Source: a virus (Duplodnaviria > Caudoviricetes). Taken from it: 64,000 bases of DNA. Shown here piece after piece: positions 40,179 to 50,605 of the stretch. Every line of letters starts with the position of its first letter. Within the stretch, counting starts at the first letter, position 1. The stretch is from positions 46,372-110,371 of IMG/VR virus record IMGVR_UViG_3300032030_000028. The stretch is one strand, 5' to 3'. The notes below the pieces were generated by a model, which was not told where the DNA came from, did no database searches, and worked only from the letters and a program-made list of their open reading frames with translations. A program made the position numbers and the translations under genes.

Positions 40179-40699
40179 ATTTCAATAATACTATTATCCC
40201 GGTCCATGGAAAGATTACCGCTAGGGACACACAGTTTGATATATTTATATCCATTATCAATCATATCATGCAAGGAGTAATCCATATTTTTGATAACTAA
40301 TGAGGACTCTTCGCCGGATAAATCTTCTATAAAATCATCCCAGTGATCCCGAACCGCCTCGTATGCGGAGAGAGTCTCTCTGTCCGGATTGCTTTCATAA
40401 CGATCTTTTAATTTTTTTATCCATTCTTCTTTTAAATTCGAATCCGGGTATATTACGGTATATATTTGATTGCGAGATTTTAAATACCTCCTGATAGCTT
40501 CATGTGATGGCACTAATACGTCATATCCTTGTTCTACAAGATCTATAGCAACATTGCAAAAAGATTCATACCATCCTTCCGGCCGGACTTTTTTATCTCC
40601 ATTCCCTATCCAAAAACAGTCACTTCTTAAATCTATCCATCCCATTTCTTTCAAAGAACTTTTTCCCACACCGGGAAATCCTACTATTATCCTGCTCAT
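40175..40699 (-). CDS. P-loop NTPase/kinase-like protein
   Basis: IIVGFPGVGKS. Confidence 0.65.
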   Translation of the reverse strand: MSRIIVGFPGVGKSSLKEMGWIDLRSDCFWIGNGDKKVRPEGWYESFCNVAIDLVEQGYDVLVPSHEAIRRYLKSRNQIYTVIYPDSNLKEEWIKKLKDRYESNPDRETLSAYEAVRDHWDDFIEDLSGEESSLVIKNMDYSLHDMIDNGYKYIKLCVPSGNLSMDRDNSIIEI

Positions 40700-40708
40700 A
40701 TTGTATGT

Positions 40709-41590
40709 TTATTTTTTAGGATCGAAAAATATAAATTCTCTTTTATAATCATGCCCCAATAAATTATCAAATGTGTTTTTAAGAATTACGTGCATTTTTC
40801 CAGCCATATCATTTCCTGCAGCATGCTCCATAATTCGAGATGTGTTTATATATTCATCACCGCTCTGATATGTCACATCCATAATAAGGGGACTTTTAAT
40901 CCAGGCTCCCTTTAAAAGATATCCTACCATAGTCATCTGAATAAGATCTTCGTGCGTCAGATCTACTATTCCTGGTGCAAATGCCGGATTTTTTATAAAC
41001 CGGCATCTCAATACTCGTGGATGCATAGGTGGGATCGAACCAGCGGGCATAGAATTATACCGTACCGCCCATTCTCCAGGAAATGACAAGCTCCAATTGC
41101 CTACACGCAGAGGGTTGGAATTTACTAATTTATAATCTTGGGAATCCGAATACCAGCAACTATAGAATATGTTATTGTTTATATCATAAATTGAAGATGC
41201 TCGATCTCCGGCCATATAATCTATTTCGGTGCCACAAAAATCATTACACATATTAATATATTCCAAGGCATTTGGGAATAATATGTCATCATGATCTAAT
41301 TGTATGGTCCACTCATCGGGTTTGCACGAAATATGAGCTATAGCTTCGCGTTTTATTTTTCCTATAGGCCGGCCCACCATATTTTTTTCAAAAATCTTCA
41401 CCTTGCTGGAATGTTTTTTATATTCAGGATGATGATCTAAAAAATCAATAAATGTCTCTTTGAAAAACGGAGTTTTAGATGTATCCAAAACTACCCATTC
41501 CCAATCCTCATACGTCTGATTCATGACAGATTCTATGACGATTTCGACAAGCGGCATTTTTTTGTGTGTTGGAGTAATGATGCTTATCAT
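40709..41590 (-). CDS. Family 2 glycosyltransferase
   Basis: MISIITPTH, SVMNQTYEDWEWVVLD, QLDHDD; start reassigned to ATG 41590. Confidence 0.85.
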   Translation of the reverse strand: MISIITPTHKKMPLVEIVIESVMNQTYEDWEWVVLDTSKTPFFKETFIDFLDHHPEYKKHSSKVKIFEKNMVGRPIGKIKREAIAHISCKPDEWTIQLDHDDILFPNALEYINMCNDFCGTEIDYMAGDRASSIYDINNNIFYSCWYSDSQDYKLVNSNPLRVGNWSLSFPGEWAVRYNSMPAGSIPPMHPRVLRCRFIKNPAFAPGIVDLTHEDLIQMTMVGYLLKGAWIKSPLIMDVTYQSGDEYINTSRIMEHAAGNDMAGKMHVILKNTFDNLLGHDYKREFIFFDPKK

Positions 41591-41598
41591 AAAAATTC

Positions 41599-42405
41599 TT
41601 AAAATTGTAAAAATCTTGGATTCCAATTAAGAGACATACCTAAACCAATATATGGGGATAATTTAACGGAATGATCTGGAAAGGATATACCATATCCCAC
41701 CTGTAATCCGAGCCCAATCCCAAACTGTTTTCGGTTCTTATATTCGCTTTTAGGATCGGAAATGGCGATAGCCGTACCATTATGGAAATATATCGGATAG
41801 TCGGATTTAAGATCCATCCACGTATATCCTTTTTTATCTTTATATATATAACTATCAATCCAGACATCCTGATTTAAATCTATCATAGCTTCTCCCTCCA
41901 TCTGTAATTTGCCGGTTTCGCAATTCACACCATAAGGTACGAATACATTCAAATACCTGGACGATTTTCCGAATATAGCCGTATCCGTTACGGATAGAAT
42001 TCCGGAGTCCGACCAAATTTCTTCTATATACATGGTATCATGTATAATTTTAACCGACGCCCATATGGTATCGTGCATTCCAGCAACATATTGTAAAATG
42101 GTAATGGGTTCTTTGCCTTTCTCTAATTTCAGACTATCGGACAATTCATCAGTTCTTAATTGCAATGCTCGCATAGTGGCTGTATTCAAACCGTCTTTAT
42201 CTTTATAGTTTTTTAAAGTATCATTTATAGCCAATATGTTGTTTTCTAATCGAGCCTTTTCTTTTTTAAATTTAGATGCTAGATCACATTGCCGGAATAA
42301 AAGAACACCTAGTAATAAACAAATCGCTACTAATATCCATTTGATGTTTGTTTTAAAAAATGTTTTTGTACGTATTAAGATATCTTTAAATTGAGCCCAG
42401 TTCAT
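41599..42405 (-). CDS. Putative spanin-like envelope protein
   Basis: N-terminal TM, coiled coil, C-terminal Gly/aromatic beta hairpin (FGIGLGLQVGYG..PYIGLGMSLNW) ending in Phe. Confidence 0.45.
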   Translation of the reverse strand: MNWAQFKDILIRTKTFFKTNIKWILVAICLLLGVLLFRQCDLASKFKKEKARLENNILAINDTLKNYKDKDGLNTATMRALQLRTDELSDSLKLEKGKEPITILQYVAGMHDTIWASVKIIHDTMYIEEIWSDSGILSVTDTAIFGKSSRYLNVFVPYGVNCETGKLQMEGEAMIDLNQDVWIDSYIYKDKKGYTWMDLKSDYPIYFHNGTAIAISDPKSEYKNRKQFGIGLGLQVGYGISFPDHSVKLSPYIGLGMSLNWNPRFLQF

Positions 42406-43778
42406 ATTATCATTTTTTCAAAATTATATAATATAATATATTTATTCCGTATTTGAGTTTTCCAATCTTTAGGAAGTTGGTCGAGCATATTATAGAATGA
42501 TGTATAATCTTGATGTGTTCTCCGGAGGTTGAAAATCTTAAGCACAGTGGCATCTACCGAATCATCATTTTCCAAAAAACCTAACTCTCGAGGGAGAAGA
42601 TATCGATCGAGATAATGTAACAGTATCGCATAATGACTATATAAGGAATCCCTATCCTCATTTTGCACCCAGTTTTTCCAAAAATATTGAGCAGCATCTA
42701 TAGGATGGGTTGGAAATAATTTTTCGGCCGTGATTTTTGGATTTACTTCTAAGCTTCCATATTCCTTTCCATTCAAGCAAGATATCAAGTCGTTTAATGT
42801 TGTTATCAGCAAATTCGTTGTACCGTCCGTAGTGGAATACGAGATATATAATTCTCCGGTATTACTTTCACACCATCCGGTGGAAAATTCAATGCCCGGT
42901 TGTTCAAATACAAAACTATCCGTTGCTCGGAATGAAGTAAAATCTTTATCTATAAAACCCAGATGATGCTGATAGTATAATCGGCCATCAACCCTTTCCG
43001 AGTTGTGGACTATACATACATAAGAACCATCTTCGAGTTTTATAAGAGGCGTAGATCCTCGGAATAATGTGCTCCCGATAGGAATAAAACCATTGAATCT
43101 GGTTAATTTAGTATTTAAATCACTATATTTCACAGGCACAATATTAAAACGTCCGGAATCGTTTGAAAATTTCCCATCCTCACAATATTCAGCCGATATC
43201 ATATAGACAAAATCCATCTTATCGTCCGGAATAGCCATCCAATTTTTTTCCGTACATAAATAGTTTTTCCCATAATATTGAGATATACCCGGAAGAAACC
43301 CACAGTTTGTAAAATTCTTCATATTTTGATCCGGAATGTAGTAAGTCATAGCTTCTGCATATGGAAAATTATCTGTGAATTGAGTCCCATAAATATATAG
43401 TTTACCGCCCCACACTACCAATCTAGGATCCTCCAATCCCCGAAAAATCCCTTTATCCCGGCTAGGCAGTTCTTCGAATTTTTCGGTCTTTATATAAATC
43501 GGTATATCTTGTTCGGCATTTTCAAAGACACTTGTGTCTAATTCTCCAATGCGACATATGGAATTATTAAGATATGGTATAGTGCGATTTTCTACAAAAT
43601 CATAATTATAATGAGGACATCCTTCTATAGATATATTAGTAGATTGGCGAATAGAAAATATAAGTTTATTGTTATAAAAAGCGATCCCAGCAGATCCTCC
43701 CACGTATCGGGGTGTAGAATCCGTGTATATATGATATAATTTCGCCTGATCCCCTAAAATATTTTTTAAAATTTTCAT
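42402..43778 (-). CDS. Five-bladed beta-propeller glycosidase-like (GH130/GH43-fold) protein
   Basis: GLEDPRL, EKNWM, FRGSTP, GIEF. Confidence 0.65.
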   Translation of the reverse strand: MKILKNILGDQAKLYHIYTDSTPRYVGGSAGIAFYNNKLIFSIRQSTNISIEGCPHYNYDFVENRTIPYLNNSICRIGELDTSVFENAEQDIPIYIKTEKFEELPSRDKGIFRGLEDPRLVVWGGKLYIYGTQFTDNFPYAEAMTYYIPDQNMKNFTNCGFLPGISQYYGKNYLCTEKNWMAIPDDKMDFVYMISAEYCEDGKFSNDSGRFNIVPVKYSDLNTKLTRFNGFIPIGSTLFRGSTPLIKLEDGSYVCIVHNSERVDGRLYYQHHLGFIDKDFTSFRATDSFVFEQPGIEFSTGWCESNTGELYISYSTTDGTTNLLITTLNDLISCLNGKEYGSLEVNPKITAEKLFPTHPIDAAQYFWKNWVQNEDRDSLYSHYAILLHYLDRYLLPRELGFLENDDSVDATVLKIFNLRRTHQDYTSFYNMLDQLPKDWKTQIRNKYIILYNFEKMII

Positions 43779-43787
43779 ATTCGTGTT

Positions 43788-45335
43788 TTATAAAACAATT
43801 TCAACTTCATTTTTCACAGTCGCTGTTTCAAACCGATCATTATCAATGTTGTTTTTAATATTAAAAAATTCACTTTCATTTATATAATGAAAAATAAACT
43901 CCGCATCCATGTTCTTAATAGCCCGATCCCTATATGTCCTTGCCATACCCATCAGGCCTCGATTTAGGAAAAAATTAGCAATAATCATCAATATTTCGGG
44001 ATTGTCGGGGATTGTGGCTTCTAATATAGAAATGATGTTATAAGCTTCTAGATCCCGGATTCCATATCCTATGGAGTATAATATTTTTATTAGATAAGAA
44101 ATTTGTTTTTCCCGAGATATCGGGAATTCAAAGCTTCTTTCATACATTCTCCAATACCGGCAATAAGCCTCCGAGATAAAATTATTTTCTAAACAAAATT
44201 CAGCTTCTTTTTCCGCAGCCTCAAATCCATCGTAATTATTATAATATATTGAAGCATTAGGTAAGAATTCCATATTTTCTGAAAGATCTAGATTGCCATC
44301 TAATAGTTTATCAATGTTTATATCGGAAGATTCTATTAGATATGAGAACCCGTCCTGTAAAGCAAATGGGATATAAAAAATACCGTTTTGATAGGCTAAT
44401 CCGTTTGTGAATTCAATATGGTGGTTGTTAAATGAAAATGCTGGAGAAATCTTTATAATATTCCATTCGTTATCCCAAAGTATGAAATGGTGTAGATATT
44501 TTGCCACTTTTCTTTTCATTTCATTTAAATATAATTCACAGGTATGCACAATCGCAATGTGAGTGTCGTCTTTGTACGGAATGACTTGCGATGAACCACG
44601 AAATAGTGTATCTCCTTGTTTTGATGAATTATATATTCCTTCCACCCTGGAAATATCCGTGAATTGTTTTTCGATAACTTTTTCCGCATATACAACACCG
44701 GACTCAGCGTCCTTTAAATCTATTTTAACTATGCATGTAGGGTTGCTTGTTCTCATAAAATGCCAAGGCATATCTATAATAGGTACCCAATTTTTTTCAC
44801 AATAGCTATCCCAAGGGACTTCTATTTTCATTCTTGATAATTCTTTACCATCCTCCGTGATCTCCATAATCTCCATTCTTCCAACACCGGTAGGGTTATC
44901 ATCTCTTCGGACGCCGATAGCCAATAAACGATTTTCCCACCTTACCAATCTGGCATCTTCTAATCCGACAAAATCCCACTGTTCGGGAACATCATTTTCG
45001 GAAGTATCTATAAGATTATATTGGATACGATTCTCGGCATATTCGCATATCCAATTTCTCGTCCTGAGATGTGAATAATCATATTCTGGAGTTAAATAAT
45101 GCACGGGGCCCCAAGAAGACCAAAATCTATACGGATCTATCGAATTATGTAGTATATAATTAACATTTCTGAGAATCAACCTGATCTTATCTCCGTCTAT
45201 AAATATTGATGGGTTGCAGATACTCGGCCATTCGGGGGTGGTTATAGGGATCCTCAAAGGTACTAAATATGTTGATTCCGATGACCCTAATATATTGGCT
45301 AGGTTGTTATATTTTGGATAATGCAGATTGATCAT
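43788..45335 (-). CDS. Beta-propeller glycosidase-like protein with a TPR-like tail (paralogue of 42402)
   Basis: CNPSI, GLEDARL, CEKNWVP, FRGSSQ, HIEF. Confidence 0.7.
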   Translation of the reverse strand: MINLHYPKYNNLANILGSSESTYLVPLRIPITTPEWPSICNPSIFIDGDKIRLILRNVNYILHNSIDPYRFWSSWGPVHYLTPEYDYSHLRTRNWICEYAENRIQYNLIDTSENDVPEQWDFVGLEDARLVRWENRLLAIGVRRDDNPTGVGRMEIMEITEDGKELSRMKIEVPWDSYCEKNWVPIIDMPWHFMRTSNPTCIVKIDLKDAESGVVYAEKVIEKQFTDISRVEGIYNSSKQGDTLFRGSSQVIPYKDDTHIAIVHTCELYLNEMKRKVAKYLHHFILWDNEWNIIKISPAFSFNNHHIEFTNGLAYQNGIFYIPFALQDGFSYLIESSDINIDKLLDGNLDLSENMEFLPNASIYYNNYDGFEAAEKEAEFCLENNFISEAYCRYWRMYERSFEFPISREKQISYLIKILYSIGYGIRDLEAYNIISILEATIPDNPEILMIIANFFLNRGLMGMARTYRDRAIKNMDAEFIFHYINESEFFNIKNNIDNDRFETATVKNEVEIVL

Positions 45336-45443
45336 AATATATGTTTATGAAATTATAGTCTATCATTACCGAAAATTTAGTATATTCCATACTAACTTAA
45401 CTTATATTATAGTTATTTTTTAATCATTGAAATATGATATTAT

Positions 45444-47282
45444 ATGGAAACTTATAACCCTTACGAATATAATATATTGCAAGAAGATTTACAAAACCCT
45501 GGAGTGATTTCGGAAGCCCGGGTACAGGATATACCCGGGATGAATGTAACTACTAAATTTAAACCCAAATATTCATCACAAGATATAAAAAACGCCGAAA
45601 AGAAATCTAAAAAGACTATAGCCAGATTTTTTTCTAACCTTTCCAGGTTAGGAATGAATTATGATGAACAAGTTATCAAGAATATGCGGGCTATTCCGGC
45701 GGACAAAAACCTGCTGCCGGAAGAAAGGCAGATCACATATCAAAACCTTTTCCAACAATTACAATCGGCATGGAAGCAAAAATCTAATTCTGATCAATCT
45801 TTTTATGAAAAAGACATTGCCATCAAGAGAGAAAATCTCCGGACTTTAGCGATGCAGCCAGAATTAGAAGATATTTTGGATACATTTTCCAATGAAGCTA
45901 TTGTATATGATTCTAATTTCGTTTATTTTGCCGAACCTTTTATTGATGATAAAGATTTAGTAGAATACAATAAAGATGTCCGCTCCAAAATCAACGATTG
46001 TGTCTCCGCTGGATTCAAACGATTTTATAAGATGCTCCGATGGAGAACCAAGGCGTGGGATGATTTTAAAAGATTTTTAGTGGAAGGTTGCCTAGCCTGG
46101 GAAATTGTATACGACTCTTTAGAGAAACCTACAAAAATTATAGGGCTCGTACCTTTAGATCCGGCCACCCTGACTAAAAAATTCGAGAATGATAAATGGT
46201 ATTGGGTTCAATATAAAGACGTTAAGGCTAAGGAAAGAAAACTATTAGATTCTCAAGTAATATATATAGTCTTTCAGGAAACAGAGGCCATATCGAGAAC
46301 CAGCTATCTGGAACGATTGGTCCGACCGTTTAATATATATAGAATTATCGAACAAGCTCAGATTATATTCTGCGTCACTAATGCTCAATATAAGATGAAA
46401 TTCACCATCCCGGTGAAAGGCATGAATCGGGCATTGGGATCTCAGACATTGAATTCGGCCATGCAGAGATATCGGGAAGATATCAAATTCATATCCGAAA
46501 GCGGCGAGCTGACTATTAATGGACAACCGCAGATGCCGTTCAATAAGGAATATTGGATGGCTGAATCGGAGAGCGGTACACCGGACATCGAAACCCTCGC
46601 TGGAGACTCTGGTCCGGATCTTCTGGATTCCGATTATCTGAAATTCTTCCGGAATCAGCTTTATAAAGTATCTAAAATTCCGTTGAATAGATTTGATGTG
46701 GATAGCGGAGAAGGCTGGTTTGGCACCGATGCCGAATCCTATGCTCGGAACGAGATAGACTTCGGAAGATATGTTACCAGAATGCGGAATATATTCTCTC
46801 AGATCATCTTGAAACCTATCTGGATCCAGCTATGTCTGGATATGCCCGAGATGATGGATTCTCCGGAATTCCAAGATTGCATCCAACTCCACTATCATTC
46901 TTATAATCTATTTGAAGAGATGATGGAAATCCAGCTCATGGATCGCCGTATCGAATCTATTAACAATATGAAAGAATTGCAAGATATGGACATGGAAGGC
47001 AATGAAGTGACTTTCTTTGCCTCTAAATTCCTGGTTCAGAAATATCTGCATCTCTCCGATGCGGATCTCAAGCTCAATGAGAAATATAAACAAGAAGAAG
47101 TAGAGAAATTCAACTTAGCCGGTGGTGAAAGACCACAGCAACCCGGACAATCCGGCCGTTATGGTGGTGGCGCTCCCGGTGGTTGGGAGAGTATGTTAGC
47201 TAAGATGAGCGATATGGAGCGAAGGATAGATGAAAAACTTAAAAAGTATAAAGATATTATCAGCGAATCTGAGGAGTTGTAA
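45444..47282 (+). CDS. Portal protein (T4 gp20-like)
   Basis: SYLERLVRPFN..IEQAQII, KEYWM..GTPDIETL, YKVSKIPLNRF, RNEIDFGRYVTRMRNIF. Confidence 0.92.
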   Translation: METYNPYEYNILQEDLQNPGVISEARVQDIPGMNVTTKFKPKYSSQDIKNAEKKSKKTIARFFSNLSRLGMNYDEQVIKNMRAIPADKNLLPEERQITYQNLFQQLQSAWKQKSNSDQSFYEKDIAIKRENLRTLAMQPELEDILDTFSNEAIVYDSNFVYFAEPFIDDKDLVEYNKDVRSKINDCVSAGFKRFYKMLRWRTKAWDDFKRFLVEGCLAWEIVYDSLEKPTKIIGLVPLDPATLTKKFENDKWYWVQYKDVKAKERKLLDSQVIYIVFQETEAISRTSYLERLVRPFNIYRIIEQAQIIFCVTNAQYKMKFTIPVKGMNRALGSQTLNSAMQRYREDIKFISESGELTINGQPQMPFNKEYWMAESESGTPDIETLAGDSGPDLLDSDYLKFFRNQLYKVSKIPLNRFDVDSGEGWFGTDAESYARNEIDFGRYVTRMRNIFSQIILKPIWIQLCLDMPEMMDSPEFQDCIQLHYHSYNLFEEMMEIQLMDRRIESINNMKELQDMDMEGNEVTFFASKFLVQKYLHLSDADLKLNEKYKQEEVEKFNLAGGERPQQPGQSGRYGGGAPGGWESMLAKMSDMERRIDEKLKKYKDIISESEEL

Positions 47283-47307
47283 TATTATTTTATTAAAAAA
47301 ATTAAAT

Positions 47308-47952
47308 ATGAAAAGTTTAACGGAATCTATTATAGGGAGACGAAGTGCGGAATTTCGAACACACAATGATCCTACATTAAAAAATCCGGCATTAGAATTT
47401 AATGCTATAGTTAAAGATATAGGAAATTGTCTTAAATCTCGTACTAATTGTTTATTAAATTGTGGGAATTATACAGCCACAGATGGTTTAGAAGATATAA
47501 TTTCGGCAATTCAAAAACGTATTCGAAAATATAAAAATTCTCGCCAATATTTTTATTTCGGAGATGGAGATACGGTGCCTTCCGGATCGCAAAAAGATCT
47601 ATTTGATTACATAACAGATTTTTATCAAAAATATCCTGGTGAACCTAAATATGGAACAACTCCTGGTGAAGATACAATTATTGTTATAGATATTCGTGGC
47701 AATATTAATTTACCTGATAAGACGCCGCAATGGATTGCTGATAAAAATATTACGGTTGTCGTAATTGGTGATAAAAATATACTTTTAGACCACAACTGGG
47801 ATGTTTTTTTAAGAACAGCTAATGAATATATAGAGGGCCCGTATTCATTTGGATATGTACATGATAAATATTTATTCAATAATCGCGGATATAGATTTGA
47901 TGCTGATGATAAAACGCAGAAAACAACACCTCCTATTGTATGGAAACACTAA
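47308..47952 (+). CDS. SIIGR-leader protein (214 aa)
   Basis: Probable start MKSLTESIIGRR at 47308. Confidence 0.75.
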   Translation: MKSLTESIIGRRSAEFRTHNDPTLKNPALEFNAIVKDIGNCLKSRTNCLLNCGNYTATDGLEDIISAIQKRIRKYKNSRQYFYFGDGDTVPSGSQKDLFDYITDFYQKYPGEPKYGTTPGEDTIIVIDIRGNINLPDKTPQWIADKNITVVVIGDKNILLDHNWDVFLRTANEYIEGPYSFGYVHDKYLFNNRGYRFDADDKTQKTTPPIVWKH

Positions 47953-47976
47953 TACTTTAATTGAGAATTTCAATAT

Positions 47977-48006
47977 AAAGGTCTTGCAAGAGACCTTTTA
48001 TTTTTT
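47977..48006 (+). terminator. Terminator (duplicated at 48915)
   Basis: AAAGGTCTT-GCAA-GAGACCTTTT. Confidence 0.75.
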
Positions 48007-48025
48007 ATATAATTATAATGAAAAT

Positions 48026-48467
48026 ATGGAAGAAAAAATTACATTATCCCCATATACCCCGGAATGGGAGGATGCTATAGACATGCAATTCATGCAATCG
48101 GTTATCGACGAGGTCACTCAATCCTGTCTGCTTCCCAACCCTATACCTCTTGCCCGCATTCCTAAGATCATCGGACAGGTAGCTAAGTGGTTCTGGCAGC
48201 ACGATGACACCTCGGTAGAACAGAGATTCTATCTTATTAAAAACGAAGAATTCTGCAAGGGAAATATGTTGAACAAGATAGTACAGCTTCCGGAACAAAT
48301 TATGGCTGTTCAAGGGTGTTATAAAACCAATAATCTCAAATATGGAGTCATGGGTGATTTCTCGGTGGAGAGGATGATGTTGAGCACTTATTCTATGTAT
48401 GGAGCGGAGAATAGATGAGAAGCTTAAAAAGTATAAAGATATTATCAGTGAATCTGAGGAATCATAG
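48026..48467 (+). pseudogene. Chimera: 5' half of the neck gene joined out of frame to a copy of the portal 3' end
   Basis: 48026-48404 matches 48965-49343, and 48398-48467 matches 47213-47282. Confidence 0.9.
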
Positions 48468-48490
48468 TATTATTTAAAAAAAATCAAAAT

Positions 48491-48883
48491 ATGAAAAGTT
48501 TAACGGAATCTATTAAGAATATCAAAGAAAGAAGAACTCCTTATCAAATTGATCAAAATGATCTAAAAAAGGTGGAAAAAGTCTTGAATGATAAAAAAAC
48601 CTGGAAAGAATTATCTAAATTATGCAACCTATCGGAAGAAATCACCAAGCTATATTGTACTAGTCGATTAGAAATGCTTTCGGATCCGGAATGGTATGAA
48701 AACTTCGAAGGCGTGCGCAATCTTAATATGGCTTACGTTATTTCTGAATTAGCCGATACCGATGATGAAGACTTCCAAATAGAATTAGATGATGAAAATA
48801 TTTCCGGATGGGAATGGCAAGATATTAGTAATTTGGTCACCGATGTTATGAACAGATGTCTCAAGGCTTTAAGATACTCTTAA
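48491..48883 (+). CDS. Small acidic protein with MKSLTESI leader
   Basis: First 24 nt identical to the 47308 gene, unrelated afterwards. Confidence 0.75.
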   Translation: MKSLTESIKNIKERRTPYQIDQNDLKKVEKVLNDKKTWKELSKLCNLSEEITKLYCTSRLEMLSDPEWYENFEGVRNLNMAYVISELADTDDEDFQIELDDENISGWEWQDISNLVTDVMNRCLKALRYS

Positions 48884-48914
48884 TAAATAAAATTCAATAT
48901 AAAAATTAACACAC

Positions 48915-48944
48915 AAAGGTCTCGCTAGAGACCTTTTATTTTTT
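48915..48944 (+). terminator. Terminator
   Basis: AAAGGTCTC-GCTA-GAGACCTTTT. Confidence 0.75.
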
Positions 48945-48964
48945 ATATGAACTACAGTAAAAAC

Positions 48965-49777
48965 ATGGAAGAAAAAATCACATTATCCCCATATACCCCG
49001 GAATGGGAGGATGCTATAGACATGCAATTCATGCAATCGGTTATTGATGAGGTCACTCAATCCTGTCTGCTTCCCAACCCTATACCTCTCGCTCGCATCC
49101 CTAAGATCATCGGGCAGGTAGCTAAATGGTTCTGGCAGAACGACGATACCGCGGTAGAACAAAGATTCTATCTTATCAAGAATGAAGAGTTCTGTAAAGG
49201 AAATATGATGAACAAGATAGTGCAGCTTCCGGAACAGATTATGGCCGTTCAGGGATGCTATAAAACTAATAATCTCAAATACGGGGTCATGGGCGATTTC
49301 TCGGTGGAAAGGATGATGTTGAGCACTTATTCTATGTATGGAGGAATAGGAGCAATAGGTGGCGGCATGGGGGCGAGTGCTATAGGATATAACTTAAAGG
49401 ATTATGTTGTATCTATGTATGAAGTAGATACATTTCAGCAGACATTACAGCCTACTCTTTCCTATAACTATAATATGTTTTCCAAGAAACTTATAGTATA
49501 CGGAGATCTTGGATTAAGTGATGTCTTGATAGATTCCTGGAAGAGAATCCGATTGCAAGATCTATATCAAAACTATTATTTTTTCCGTTATTGTGTATGT
49601 ATGGTTATGAAGTCTCTGACTCAGATATTCGGAACATTCACGTTTCGATATCCCGGAGGAGTGGAGATCAGATATGATGACTTTAAAAGCGACGCCCAAG
49701 AAGAAATTGAAAAAATCGAAGAAGAAATTCGGAATCTGCATGCTAACGATTACTTCTTCCAACCAAATACGTTATAA
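48965..49777 (+). CDS. Neck protein (T4 gp13-like)
   Basis: C-terminal PGGVEI..AQEEIEKIEEEI..DYFF typical of gp13; close to the portal. Start is 48965 or 48947. Confidence 0.75.
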   Translation: MEEKITLSPYTPEWEDAIDMQFMQSVIDEVTQSCLLPNPIPLARIPKIIGQVAKWFWQNDDTAVEQRFYLIKNEEFCKGNMMNKIVQLPEQIMAVQGCYKTNNLKYGVMGDFSVERMMLSTYSMYGGIGAIGGGMGASAIGYNLKDYVVSMYEVDTFQQTLQPTLSYNYNMFSKKLIVYGDLGLSDVLIDSWKRIRLQDLYQNYYFFRYCVCMVMKSLTQIFGTFTFRYPGGVEIRYDDFKSDAQEEIEKIEEEIRNLHANDYFFQPNTL

Positions 49778-49779
49778 CT

Positions 49780-50205
49780 ATGAAGACATTACAAGAATCT
49801 ATAATAGGCCGAAAAGGAAGCTATTCCGACATAGTTGAACCATTACATCCAAAAATTATATCAGCATATAGATCGGAACAATATAAATGCATATCTTTTG
49901 AAGATATAGATGAAACATATTTCTGGAATATGAAAGATGAAGCATTTGACATAGCTTCGGAAACATTTGGAATAAATGCTAATTTAATCTCCGGTATATG
50001 GGCTACAACTATATTGTCCTGTAAGACGTCCTATTTTCAGGCCGTATTATATAAGACCAATAAAAATGGAGACTGGTCTTTGATAATAATTAAGAAACCA
50101 AAAGGACATGGAGAGTACAAAGTCGTATTAAGAAAAAACGACATCCCAGATGATACTGTAGAATCCTATAGAGTTTTTAAGGAAATAAATATCGAAAAAC
50201 TATGA
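49780..50205 (+). CDS. SIIGR-leader small protein
   Basis: MKTLQESIIGRKG. Confidence 0.75.
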   Translation: MKTLQESIIGRKGSYSDIVEPLHPKIISAYRSEQYKCISFEDIDETYFWNMKDEAFDIASETFGINANLISGIWATTILSCKTSYFQAVLYKTNKNGDWSLIIIKKPKGHGEYKVVLRKNDIPDDTVESYRVFKEINIEKL

Positions 50206-50576
50206 AAACATTATATGAATCTATAATAGGCAGGAAAGGAACTCGGCATTTTACAGCAAATGATCTCCAAGATGGAGATATCATTATTTTGAGATTAGGT
50301 ATCACCATGCTCATACGTAACAGAGAAGCCCGTGTAAAAAATCCGGGAGGCCGTAGTGTTCTTTCTATGTCATTAAAAGATTTTATCAATCCGGATCTTA
50401 CCGCAAAGACGGATCGGGATGATGATATTATGAAAGTGTATAGAATAGAAAGTGACTTAGAACCTTCTTTAACGGATTTTGATTATTTTAGTTTTGAACT
50501 TCTCAACCTTATTGATAATATCCAACATAATAGGATTAATGGGACGAAGATACGACTGATGTTTGAAAGAAAATAA
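50202..50576 (+). CDS. SIIGR-leader protein, DL..GD/DIM.VYR subfamily
   Basis: MKTLYESIIGRKG; DLQDGDIIILR; DIMKVYR. Confidence 0.75.
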   Translation: MKTLYESIIGRKGTRHFTANDLQDGDIIILRLGITMLIRNREARVKNPGGRSVLSMSLKDFINPDLTAKTDRDDDIMKVYRIESDLEPSLTDFDYFSFELLNLIDNIQHNRINGTKIRLMFERK

Positions 50577-50605
50577 ACAATATTTGATAAATACAAATTA
50601 AAAGT

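Noticed and set aside
47849-48418. 189-aa ORF as a second functional neck gene or a DGR template
   Set aside because: It is truncated and fused out of frame to portal sequence. The differences are mostly synonymous rather than adenine-specific, and no reverse transcriptase is present.
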